64,000 bases of DNA from Octopus sinensis. Taxonomy: Eukaryota. Shown one piece after another: positions 23,509 to 35,109 of this stretch. Position numbers and translations under genes: made by a program. Each line of letters starts with the position of its first letter. The first letter of the stretch is position 1. The stretch lies in assembly GCF_006345805.1 (NCBI RefSeq), contig NC_043001.1, positions 39,742,001 to 39,806,000 on the forward strand, written 5' to 3'. The notes beneath the pieces are model-generated. The model did not search any database and was not told the DNA's origin. It saw only the letters and a list, made by a program, of their open reading frames with translations.

Positions 23509-24751
23509 GAAAGCCGGTTCAGTGATCTGTAGATCAGGGGGGCGTGTGGTGTTGGTGAGAGAGTATGATGGATAGGGGAGAGCGGAAGTAGGGCTCGCAG
23601 GGTGGAAGCAGGGCTTGCAGGGCACATGCGCGGAAGGAAGTGGAAGCGACAGGCAGAACGCACGTGTGGGATCGAGCAGTTGCGGCAGACACGACGAAGG
23701 CACCAGACGCATCGAGTTGGCTAAGAGGTATCCGAATTCATCTCCGACGAGGTAAGACCCAATTACATTTCCATTCTCCCTTTTTCTGTTGTACTCTTTT
23801 CATCGTTCACACCACAAATAGTAATAATTTTCTAGATCAAACAAGACTACCATTAGTTACAGCAGTAATTTTATCAGAAGCAATTTTCCATGATGTTGAT
23901 GTTTAGAAACACCTCATCCACTCTCCCTTCACACCCTCATGAAATACAGTTCTTCCCTTCCATCTCCAACTTACCTTCTGCCTTCTCGTGAACTTACCTA
24001 CCCACTTGCCCAATCCAACCCTTGGTTCCATGTCACTTAGACACACCTCCTTCTACTTTGGGTGGCCCCCACCATCACATCTTCAACATGTCTCTCTAAC
24101 TGAGTTACCCAATGTATCTCCTCTACTACAAAACACCTATTTCTGTAACACCATTCATACTCTAACCTCTCATCACCTGGCACAAAGCTACCTCCCTCAA
24201 TATTACTCCTCCCCACAGCAGAAGGGGTCTTGTCTTGCCAGCTACTTGGTGATCTCACTGTTGCTAGAAAGGACTCAGTACACTCTGTAAAGTGGTTGGC
24301 ATTAGGAAGGGCATCCAGCCATAGAAACCATGTCAAAGCAGATAGTGGGGCTTGGTGTAGTCTTCTGACTTTCCAGCTCCTGTCAAACCATCCAATCCAT
24401 GCCAGCATGATGATGATGAACTTAATATATGAAGGACAATATAATATTCTATCAGAAGATTGTTTTAATAATTAGATTTCTTATTTGTCAATGTTGCACT
24501 CACAATCTCCAGATTATGGGTTCAATTTCTGGACCAGGTGACACGTTATGCTCTAGAACAAAACACTTCATTTCACATTGTTTTAGCGCTGTGTTGGGAC
24601 TAGCATGTCAAGGAATAGACCCAACATTTCCTCTGTGTAGGATTTGCAAAACCCTCACCAGTAACTACAGCCCAAATAGACTCATTGATTAGAGGGTTGT
24701 TGTACAGCAAATTGTGAATGTTGTGATGTGCTATTAAAGTCCATGCCCCTA

Positions 24752-25072
<321 letters not shown>

Positions 25073-25430
25073 CTCCTCATGTGTGCATGTGTGTGTGTGT
25101 GTAAATGTGATGAACCAAAAAAAGAAAGAAAAAAAGAGTCACTTACTGTAATGTGTCTTTTTGCATGACATTATTGCCTGAGGTTACTGTGGTCTTTTCC
25201 ATAAGCTTTTCTTTCCATGGATAAACCTAATCTGTTTCCCCTTTCTACATTATGACATTTCTGTGATACATGATCCCTACTGATCGGCCTTTTTTTCCCC
25301 AATCCCTTTTGATCAAATTTCTACTCACCCCACCCCCATTTTTTCTTCCCAAAAAGAAAAGCTCTACTTTGTATTTTGTTCCCTCTGTGTTCAGCCCTGT
25401 GTGGCCAATAAAGAATCATATCAATCAATC

Positions 25431-25494
<64 letters not shown>

Positions 25495-25714
25495 TCAATA
25501 TAGGGTGGCAAAAAAAATTTTGTAGAATTTTTTTGCCACCAGCGGCCTAGTGGGAAAAAATTAAATAGTCATAGACCATTTATAAGTTCAACATCACAAT
25601 CAAGGAACGGCCATAATAGGCCATTCACCCACTAGAAATAACAGCCAAAGCTTCAACCGCAAAATAACATTAATTCCGCAAACCAGGAGAAAATTAAAAA
25701 ACATTTACCCTGTA

Positions 25715-25821
25715 ATTTCTTATACGATGCACCGTTTCATCTACTGTTTAATGGTAAACTAACCTGATTAAATTAAATCAAGCCAATCTTCCATAGGCCC
25801 TTAGATTCGTCAGTAAGAAAT
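25715..25821 (-). ncRNA. Type I hammerhead ribozyme, copy D
   Basis: Reverse complement of the copy A motif; predicted cleavage after 25723. Confidence 0.85.
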
Positions 25822-26126
25822 AGCCAGAACGGAACAGATATTTTCACGAGGCATTTCTGTCCCTGCCTCGGCAATATCTGACCTAAAATTTTCAAATCAT
25901 CGCACTCGCGCCAAATTTATCGGCAGCAAATAAATATAAGCCGCCGATTCCATTACGGAATCAACCAGAAAATTCATAATTAATCAATATAGGGTGGCAA
26001 AAAAAATTTTGTAGAATTTTTTTGCCACCAACGGCCTAGTGGGAAAAAATTAAATAGTCATAGACCATTTATAAGTTCAAGGCAGGGACAGAAATGCCTC
26101 GTGAAAATATCTGTTCCGTTCTGGCT

Positions 26127-26233
26127 ATTTCTTACTGACGAATCTAAGGGCCTATGGAAGATTGGCTTGATTTAATTTAATCAGGTTAGTTTACCATTAA
26201 ACAGTAGATGAAACGGTGCATCGTATAAGAAAT
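26127..26233 (+). ncRNA. Type I hammerhead ribozyme, copy A
   Basis: AUUUCUUA CUGACGA AUCUA[58 nt]UAGAU GAA ACGG-UGCA-UCGU A^ UAAGAAAU: 8-bp stem I, 5-bp stem II, 4-bp stem III, intact core, GUA triplet (cut after 26225). Confidence 0.85.
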
Positions 26234-26614
26234 TACAGGGTAAATGTTTTTTAATTTTTTCCTGGTTTGCGGAATTAATGTTATTTTGCAGTTGAAGCTT
26301 TGGCTGTTATTTCTAGTGGGTGAATGGCCTATTATGGCCGTTCCTTGATTGTGATGTTGAACTTATAAATGGTCTATGCCTATTTAACTTTTTCCCACTA
26401 GGCCGCTGGTGGCAAAAAAATTCTACAAAATTTTTTTGCCACCCTATATTGATTAATTATGAATTTTCTGGTTGATTCCGTAATGGAATCGGCGGCTTAT
26501 ATTTATTTGCTGCCGATAAATTTGGCGCGAGTGCGATGATTTGAAAATTTTAGGTCAGATATTGCCGAGGCAGGGACAGAAATGCCTCGTGAAAATATCT
26601 GTTCCGTTCTGGCT

Positions 26615-26721
26615 ATTTCTTACTGACGAATCTAAGGGCCTATGGAAGATTGGCTTGATATAATTTAATCAGGTTAGTTTACCATTAAACAGTAGATGAA
26701 ACGGTGCATCGTATAAGAAAT
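26615..26721 (+). ncRNA. Type I hammerhead ribozyme, copy B
   Basis: Same motif with one substitution in loop II; cut after 26713. Confidence 0.85.
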
Positions 26722-27103
26722 TACAGGGTAAATGTTTTTTAATTTTCTCCTGGTTTGCGGAATTAATGTTATTTTGCGGTTGAAGCTTTGGCTGTTATTT
26801 CTAGTGGGTGAATGGCCTATTATGGCCGTTCCTTGATTGTGATGTTGGACTTATAAATGGTCTATGACTATTTAATTTTTTCCCACTAGGCCGCTGGTGG
26901 CAAAAAAATTCTACAAAATTTTTTTTGCCACCCTATATTAATTAATTATGAATTTTCTGGTTGATTCCGTAATGGAATCGGCGGCTTATATTTATTTGCT
27001 GCCGATAAATTTGGCGCGAGTGCGATGATTTGAAAATTTTAGGTCAGATATTGCCGAGGCAGGGACAGAAATGCCTCGTGAAAATATCTGTTCCGTTCTG
27101 GCT

Positions 27104-27210
27104 ATTTCTTACTGACGAATCTAAGGGCCTATGGAAGATTGGCTTGATTTAATTTAATCAGGTTAGTTTACCATTAAACAGTAGATGAAACGGTGCATCG
27201 TATAAGAAAT
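27104..27210 (+). ncRNA. Type I hammerhead ribozyme, copy C
   Basis: Identical to copy A; cut after 27202. Confidence 0.85.
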
Positions 27211-27327
27211 TACAGGGTAAATGTTTTTTAATTTTCTCCTGGTTTGCAGAATTAATGTTATTTTGCAGTTGAAGCTTTGGCTGTTATTTCTAGTGGGTGA
27301 ATGGCCTATTATGGCCGTTCCTTGATT

Positions 27328-27377
<50 letters not shown>

Positions 27378-27393
27378 CATACATACATATATA

Positions 27394-27625
27394 TCTACAT
27401 ATATAAAACTGAGAATGTGTGTGTGTCTGTCTGTCTGTGTGAATCCCTAAAACTTGAGAACTACGCAACCAATTTCATTCAAATTTTACACATGCCTTAC
27501 TTAGTGTCAATGTAGTGTCATGGGCAAAAAAATGTTTAACTTCTTGCCAAGGGCGAACCCACAGCAATATCATATCTTCTCCACTACTTCAGTATTATGT
27601 GTTAAAAGTGAAACAAAAACATCTC
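27394..27625 (+). mobile_element. Helitron 5' end fragment
   Basis: A|TCTACATATATAAAA start followed by a GTCT microsatellite and accaatttcattcaaattttacac, similar to the 5' end of the 4016-4823 element. Confidence 0.55.
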
Positions 27626-27646
27626 TCTATTCTATGTATATGGATG

Positions 27647-27724
<78 letters not shown>

Positions 27725-27939
27725 TATATGGATGTATATATATAGCTGTATCTCTATACATGTATATGTATAGATGTATTTCTATAGATATACATGTATG
27801 TGTATACATGTATGTCTAGATGTATATATATATATAGATGTGCATGTAATATGTACACATATATATACACATATATACATGCATACATATATATACACCC
27901 ATACACACATACACCCACCCACACACACACACATATATA

Positions 27940-28330
27940 GGTGCAGGTGTGGCTGTGTGGAAACAAACTTGGTTCCAAAACACATGGTCCTCAGTTTAGT
28001 CCCACTGTGTGGTAACTTGGCATGTGTCTTCTGCTATAGCCTCAGACCAACCAAAGCCTTATCAGTGGATTTTGTAGACAGAAACTGAAAGAAATCAATT
28101 GTTTGCATATGTATGTATATATGTAAGTCTTTGTGTGTGTCTTTGTGTTTCTCCCTCATCACTGCCTCACAACGGCTGTTCGTTTATTTACATCCCCAAA
28201 ACTTACTGGTTTCACAAGAAGAAACTGATAGAATAAGTAGTAGGCTTATCAAAATATAAAAAAGCACTACGCAGTGTCTCATATTTTTGTTTGCCCACTC
28301 AGTTGTATCTATCAATTTATCTTTGTGTGT
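27940..28330 (+). mobile_element. tRNA-derived SINE (its 3' half is duplicated at 28410-28484 plus 30347-30620)
   Basis: gtggctgtgtgg...agtcccactgtgtggtaacttggcatgtgtcttc head; 28070-28330 is homologous to 30350-30620. Confidence 0.7.
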
Positions 28331-28483
28331 GTGTGTGTGCGTGTGTGTGTGTGTGTGTGTGCATGTGCGTGTGTGTGTGTGTGTGTGTATACATATATAT
28401 ATATATATATATATATGGATTTCGTAGACAGGAACTGAAACATATCAATCGTATATATGTATGTATATATGTAAGTGCATGTG

Positions 28484-30346
28484 TTTTAGTATTGGCAACA
28501 TGAATGACAATGGTCAGATGCTACTTGAATTTTGCACATACCATAACCTGTGCATCATTAACACATTCTTTGCCAACAAGACATCCCACAAGGCATCTTG
28601 GAGACATCGAAGATCTCACCACTGGCAACAGCTGGATATCATCATTACATGACGATCCTTTCTGAATTCTGTTCAACTGACCCAGAGTTACCAAAGCACA
28701 GATTGTGACACAGATCATTCACTAATAAGAAGCAGGGTGAGGATTCTGCCTAAAAAAGTCTATCACTCCAAGAAAATGGGCTAACCACACATTAACACTG
28801 CCAGAACCTCAGACCCTACACTGCGAAAATGTTTTGCTGCTTCTATCAAGGTTGCCCTCAGTAGCTGCTCAACCTCCTCTGCTGAAAGTAGGTGAAATTA
28901 TATCAGGGAAGCTTTGTATACCACATCAACAGATACTTTCAGCATGAGAGAAAGGCAAAACCCAGATTGGTTCAGTGTTGGGATCTCAGAGCTGGAGCCA
29001 GTTATCGAAGCAAAGTGTGCAGCTCTGATGCAATACAAGAGTGATTCTTCTACAAAGTCACTCGAAGAACTCAGAAAGGCAAGAAGTAAAACCCAACTGA
29101 CAGCCAGACGCTGTGCAAATAGGTATTGGCAGGAAATCTGTCAGAGCATCCAGTCAGCTGCTGACAGGGGCGACACCCGTGGGATGTATGCCAGTTTGAA
29201 GAAGGCCCTCGGTCCATCTGCAACCAAGTCAGCCCCTCTGAAATCAACTACAGGAGATCTCATCAAGGACCAAAGGAAGTAAATGGATAGATGGGTGGAG
29301 TACTACCAGGATCTCTACTCATGGGAGACCACGGTAGCTGAGGCTGCAATCGAGGGTGTCAAAATCTTGCCAGTCATGTGCAAACTTGACAATCTATCTT
29401 TTATAGCAGAGCTCACCAAGGCTATTGACTCCCTAGGAAGTAACAAGGCTCCGGGAAAAGATGGCATCTCCTTAGAGATCATCAAAACCGGCAAAAACAC
29501 CGTCCAGCTTCGGCACCTTCATGAGCTTCTCTGTCAGCGCTGGGAAGAGGGTACAGTCCCTCAGGATATGTGGGATGCTAAATTCATTACGCTTTACAAA
29601 AACAAAGGTGACCGTGGTGATTGTAACAATTACTGTGGAATATCTCTTCTAAGCACTGTTGGAAAGGCTCACATTATCCTGTCCAGGCTACAACTGCTTG
29701 CTTCTCAAATTTATCCAGAATTGCAGTGTGGCTTTAGAAGAAGCAGATCAACTATTCACATGATATTCTCCATGTGCCAACTTCAGAAGTCCAGAAAGCA
29801 GAAAATGCCATTATATATGGCCTTCATTGATCTGACAAAGGCCTTTGACTTGGTAAGCAGAAAAGGCCTCTTCATCCTGCTCCAAAAAATCAGATGTCCA
29901 CCAAAGCTGCTGAGGATCATCAAATCTTTCCATGATGATATGCTTGCTAGGGGCACTAGGTCTGTGGGAAGACCATTTTTATGATACAAAGATGTTTGCA
30001 AAGGGGACATGCATGCCAGCAACATCAATATTACCAATTGGAAAGCAGTTGCCAGCAGCCGTGGAGATTGGCGCCATACCATAAAAGAGGGAACACAAAG
30101 GAGTGACATAGAGAGAGAGGAGAAATGGAAAGACAAGAAAAGATATCAACAGGAAACTATGACATTACAACCAGCCAGGCAAAGTCTTCGCTACATTTGC
30201 AACACCTGCCAGAGGGAGCGTTTGTCCAGGATAGAACTACACAGCCACAGCAGGAGATGTATTAGGACATGAAATGTAAAAGCCAGACTAGATTATTTTA
30301 TGCGCAACACCATTGTCTCCCGAGACAAAAAAGGATGCCAAAAACA
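28484..30346 (+). mobile_element. BovB-like RTE LINE, 5'-truncated and internally deleted
   Basis: Closely similar to 42193-45040; lacks the equivalent of 43929-44640 (junction 29943/29944, GC microhomology); C-terminal CNTCQRERLSRIELHSHSRRC. Confidence 0.9.
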
Positions 30347-30647
30347 ATATATATGGATTTCATAGACAGGAACTGAAACAAATCAATCGCATATATATGT
30401 ATGTATATGTGTAAGTGTATGTGTGTGTCTTTGTCTCTGTGTTTCTCCCTCATCACTGCTTCACAATTGCTGTTCATTTATTTACATCCACATAACTTAC
30501 TGGTTTCACAATAACAAACTAATAGAATAAGTACCAGGCTTATCAACATAAAAAAAGCACTAGGCTGTGTCTCATATTTTTGTTTGCCCACTCAGTTGTA
30601 TCTATCATTTTATCTTTGTATGTGTATGTGTGTGTATATCTATATCT

Positions 30648-30712
<65 letters not shown>

Positions 30713-31983
30713 AAACACCCTAATGGGAGCCTTAACTCCCAAACTTTAGTCATTTCTTTTATGATCCAAAACTAGGCCAAAAGTACTGAATGGATCTTTA
30801 TGAAATTTGGAAATTATATTCTATGCATAAGGGCCATAACCCCCATGACAATTCATATATTTTTTCTGCTGATGAAATTTTAACCATAGATATTAGACAC
30901 AAATGAAGTAATATTTATAAAATTTCATCTTCTTACAAGTTAGAAAGACCCCTCCATGGGGACTTAACACCCACAATTTTGTCATTTTATCTAAGCAAAA
31001 ACGAATACAATTGTGCTCTTGGAAGCTGCAGGGTTACCCGAGCATAAAAGTTGAGCATTATTTCTAATTCAATGGTACAACAGTGTAACAGTTTGCTTTG
31101 ACATACACTTACATTGTGATTTCTGCAATGTGGTGCATAAATTGTCAAATAAATGAGAGGCATCTTTGCCTCCACTAATTCAGTTGCAAAGTGTTGAGTA
31201 AAGTTATATGATTGCAGACCTTCCTTCAGTCTTTTTATTATCACTCGGTCAGACATAGTCCCCAGATGGTAACATTGATTTCAAGGCCTTCCCAGATGAG
31301 TGACTGGTTATTCAAAGACATTTATAGATTGTAAATTTATTCTGTCCAGTTACGTATCAATATAGTGGTCATTTGCAAACTCCAGAGGTGACACTTTAAT
31401 TCCTCCTTAGCCGTCATGTCACACAGTTGTTAATGTTTATTTCAGTTGGGTCACGCCATTCCAATTGCTATAGATTCGTAATGCATCTTACAGCTGTGCC
31501 TGTCACCTGGATGGTGAGGAATCCTACATTGGGAGTGGTGACGACTAGGGTAGGGTAACTGACTGCTTATAGTGATCATTCGTCTTTTGCTTTCCTGTAG
31601 CTTTGCTCTCTTTTATAAACCCAGTGAACATATATTTCCTATTTCAAAGAAATTCAAATAATAGATATAAGATCCAAGTTAAAAAGATTCTCAACAATTC
31701 AACTTCTCTGGTTGATATTAAGATGCCCACCCCCAACAGGGGCCTTAACTCTCACATTTTAGAGCTCCATGACCTTCATTTTTCAGGAGCAAAATAGTTT
31801 TAACAGGTTCAATAAGACTGGAATTTTGGAATATGTGCATAAAATTCAGTAGTATGGGATACATGTGGCACGATTACAATTTTGTTAGAGTGTGTAAAGA
31901 GTAAAATAACCCTCATCTTTCAGTCAAACCGTCCAACCCATGCCAGCATGGAAAACGGACACTAAACGATGATGATGATGATA

Positions 31984-32034
<51 letters not shown>

Positions 32035-32400
32035 ACATATACACACACATTTTTTTCCTTATTTAGTAATGAAAAATTATTTTGATGATTTCTAGTTGTA
32101 TAATTTTGATTGTCATGTCTTTATAGGATGTAAATAGTAAAATAATTTTATATAATCCAGACCTGAAGATTGGCAGTATAGTCGGATTTATATGGTATTG
32201 AATTTTGAGATTTATTTCTGCGATACTGATAGATATATTGTCATAAAATGCGCATAGTCTATATAATTTAATATAGGATTCAGAATAAAAATTGTAGATA
32301 TTAATTTTGAAAATTTTAATTTTATATATCTCTATCACAGATAATGTCATTCAATGTTGATTGAGTTGCTTGAAGGTGGCTCTGTCTCTTAAACCTATGC

Positions 32401-32450
<50 letters not shown>

Positions 32451-32995
32451 GTATATATAAAACATTAAAAGTCAGTTTCAATCTTGCTTGCTTGCAATGT
32501 TACTCAGCAAAACTGGTGCATAATAGGACAATACCATGAATTAACTTTACTCTCAAATGTTAATACAAATAAAACAAAACAAGTTTCGCATAAATTAGTA
32601 AAGTAGTTTTCAAGATATTAGAGATTTTCATGGTATAAATACCCAAAACGGTGCACAAAGGGGAAAATGTTCCAAATATAATCTTCATCCTGAAAGGGAA
32701 GAAACTCTTATCTTTCTATTAGACAGTAAGTTGACAACGAAAATATATTTTTTTTTTCTATAATTTCTATTTTCACTTTTGTTAAACACAATATTTTAAT
32801 CATTTTGAAATATTTTAAATTGAATTTGTATTTCAAAAACCTAAGTTGTTTGTACAGTAAATATCTATATCTTAGTTTTCTTTAAACAGACAATATTTCT
32901 ATGTTTTTAAAATTATTTTCAAGTGAATATCATTAAAAATTTTTTTTGCATATTTAAAAAATATTCTAAATTGAAAATGACTTTAGAAATACGAT

Positions 32996-33102
32996 TTGGT
33001 TGCTATTTCTACCATGCCCTGCTACCATGTAACAGTTATTTGCAATAAAGGATCTGAAATACCTGTTACATGGTAGCAGGGCATGCAAGAAATAGCAGCC
33101 AA
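32996..33102. repeat. 107-bp near-perfect palindrome
   Basis: ttggttgctatttct-ac-catgccctgctaccatgtaacag / ctgttacatggtagcagggcatg-ca-agaaatagcagccaa, 27-nt spacer. Confidence 0.9.
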
Positions 33103-33375
33103 CCCACAAAACAAAACTCTATTCCTGAGAAACTCAGAGTTTCCTGGTGACCCAGTGGGTCATGGGTATATAAAATTCTTTTACAATAAATTTGCTGATT
33201 AAAATGTACGTGTATTAATTTAGAGTTAACATTTTAATAATAATTACAATTAAATAAAAGGACTTTTCTTCTGAGCCCATCTAGCCATGTGGTGCGTAGA
33301 CTTAGTTTACGCGTATATATGCGTAGGTATCTGTGTATAGATATGTATATATGTATGAGCGAGTTTGGGTGTGTC

Positions 33376-33423
<48 letters not shown>

Positions 33424-33466
33424 TGTGTGTGTGTGCGTGTGTGTATGTGGTGTGTGTATATATTTA

Positions 33467-33503
<37 letters not shown>

Positions 33504-35109
33504 GGGTGTATGTATATATATATAAAATGGTTATGTGATAAATTTGCCGATTAAAATGTACATGTGTATTAATTTAGTTTAATATTTTAATAATAATGAT
33601 AATAATAATTAAATACTATGACTTTTCTTCTAAGTCCGTCTAGCTATGTGGTGCATAATCTTAGTTTGCACAAGGTCTGTGCCCAGCGTTCATTTTCACA
33701 CCTGTTATACCCAACACCACCATTTTAATTTATGCATTAACCTTTTCACCTGGTGACTCATATATTCTCCCTGTGCTGTGTGTGTGAGTACATATTTTGA
33801 TTATACCCTTATACCCTACCCTCATACAGGTGCCCAGATAAGTGCCATACACAGTTAAAGCTATCTCATATATAAATATTTAGACATGTAATACTTAAAC
33901 TGTCCAATGTAGCCACCCTAATCCTCTCTTCCAGGTCAACTTACATTCCCTTTTCTCATACCCACTTCATCTCTTGTTGGTTCTTGCTCTGAATATTAGA
34001 TGCAATGGGGGGAAACTGTGATTCATTGTAATTCACAGAGCAAAATATGTACCAGAGCCCAATGTCAGCTGACAAGTGTTTGCACAGATCTTTTCAAATG
34101 ATGAAAAATTTCCAGAATTACCTTCCCACCAACACTCCCAAATACTCAATCTCAGAGCCACTAGCATCAATGCTGACATAATAAAATGTTGGAGCGATGC
34201 CATGTTCATGTGTGGTATGCAAAAAGTAAGATGGAGGTGAGTCTCAGCTAGATTCCTCATGGGGAAAAGACAGAGATCCAAATTCTTCTGGGTTGGCAAG
34301 AGGGATGGAGTGGGTGGTGTAGGCATACTGTTAGCAGAAAAGTGGGTAGATAAAGGTAATTGAAGTAGTCAGAGTATGTGATAGGGTAATTATGAGACTT
34401 AGCATATATAAATGAGTAGTTACATCTATCTCTGCCTATCCTCCTCAGTCTGGGTTGACTGATGAACAGAAGGACCAATTCTATGAGGTCCTTTTGCAGT
34501 CTACCTCAAACACAATTGACAGAGACTTCATTATTGTGGCTGGTGACTTCAATGGACATGTTGGACAGCATCCCCATGGATTCAAGGGAGTGCATGGGAG
34601 CTATGACTTTGGACCTAGAAATGAGCAGGGAACAAGACTGCTGGAGTTCTGTGATTCAAATGATCTCGTGATCTGCAATACTAACTTCAGAAAACCAACC
34701 AGCCACCTAATCACTTATCAGTCTGGTGGGCACATATGCCAGATTGACTACCTTCTCACCAAGCAACAAGATAGATGGATGTTTAAAAGTACAAAGTCTT
34801 TCCAAGGTGAAGAGTATACAACCCAACATAGGTTACTAGTTAATGCCTTCGGAATTAGAGCTAGAAAGATTTGGAGAAATAAACCAATCTGGAAAAGAAG
34901 ATTATGGATACTCAAAGACCCAGCAAACAGACAAAAATTCAGAGATTTCCTAACAGAAGCTTCTGACGAAAGGGAAGAGTTGGAGACATATAGCTTAGAG
35001 GAGAGTTGAAAGTTCCTGTGGAACAATCTACTGAAGGTTACACAAATCTGTGGTTGGAGCAGAGTCCTAGCTAGACCAAGGATAGAAAAACAGTGGAAGC
35101 AGAAAATTA

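Larger units (their letters stand above)
19566..23816 (+). mobile_element. Full-length Gypsy LTR retrotransposon (4251 bp)
   Basis: 272-bp LTRs 19566-19837 and 23545-23816 (TGTGGTG...CACCACA, 6 differences), perfect AATAG TSD, PPT-like AGGGGGGCG, open gag and pol. Confidence 0.97.
25491..27331. mobile_element. Retrozyme-like tandem array, 488-489-bp unit, with an internal inversion
   Basis: About 1.2 units in one orientation (25491-26080) joined to about 2.6 units inverted (26081-27331); (TA)n on both flanks; units differ by only a few substitutions; four hammerheads. Confidence 0.88.

Noticed and set aside
25147-25270. GTAAGT donor with an open frame (VYPWKEKLMEK...) as a possible exon
   Set aside because: No polypyrimidine tract; the upstream sequence is purine-rich, and it is not needed for frame continuity.
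25491-27331. Repeat array as CRISPR, tRNA/5S cluster or plain satellite
   Set aside because: No spacers, cloverleaf or Pol III boxes were seen; the complete hammerhead in each unit explains it better.
30987-31560. ORF containing LTIYAP and a GTAAGT donor
   Set aside because: More consistent with a very decayed LINE endonuclease than a host exon; too weak to call.
32644-32690. Strong acceptor followed by MKIIFGTFSPLCTVLG, signal-peptide-like
   Set aside because: Weak donor (GTATTT), phases do not fit the gene model, and no partner exons were found.
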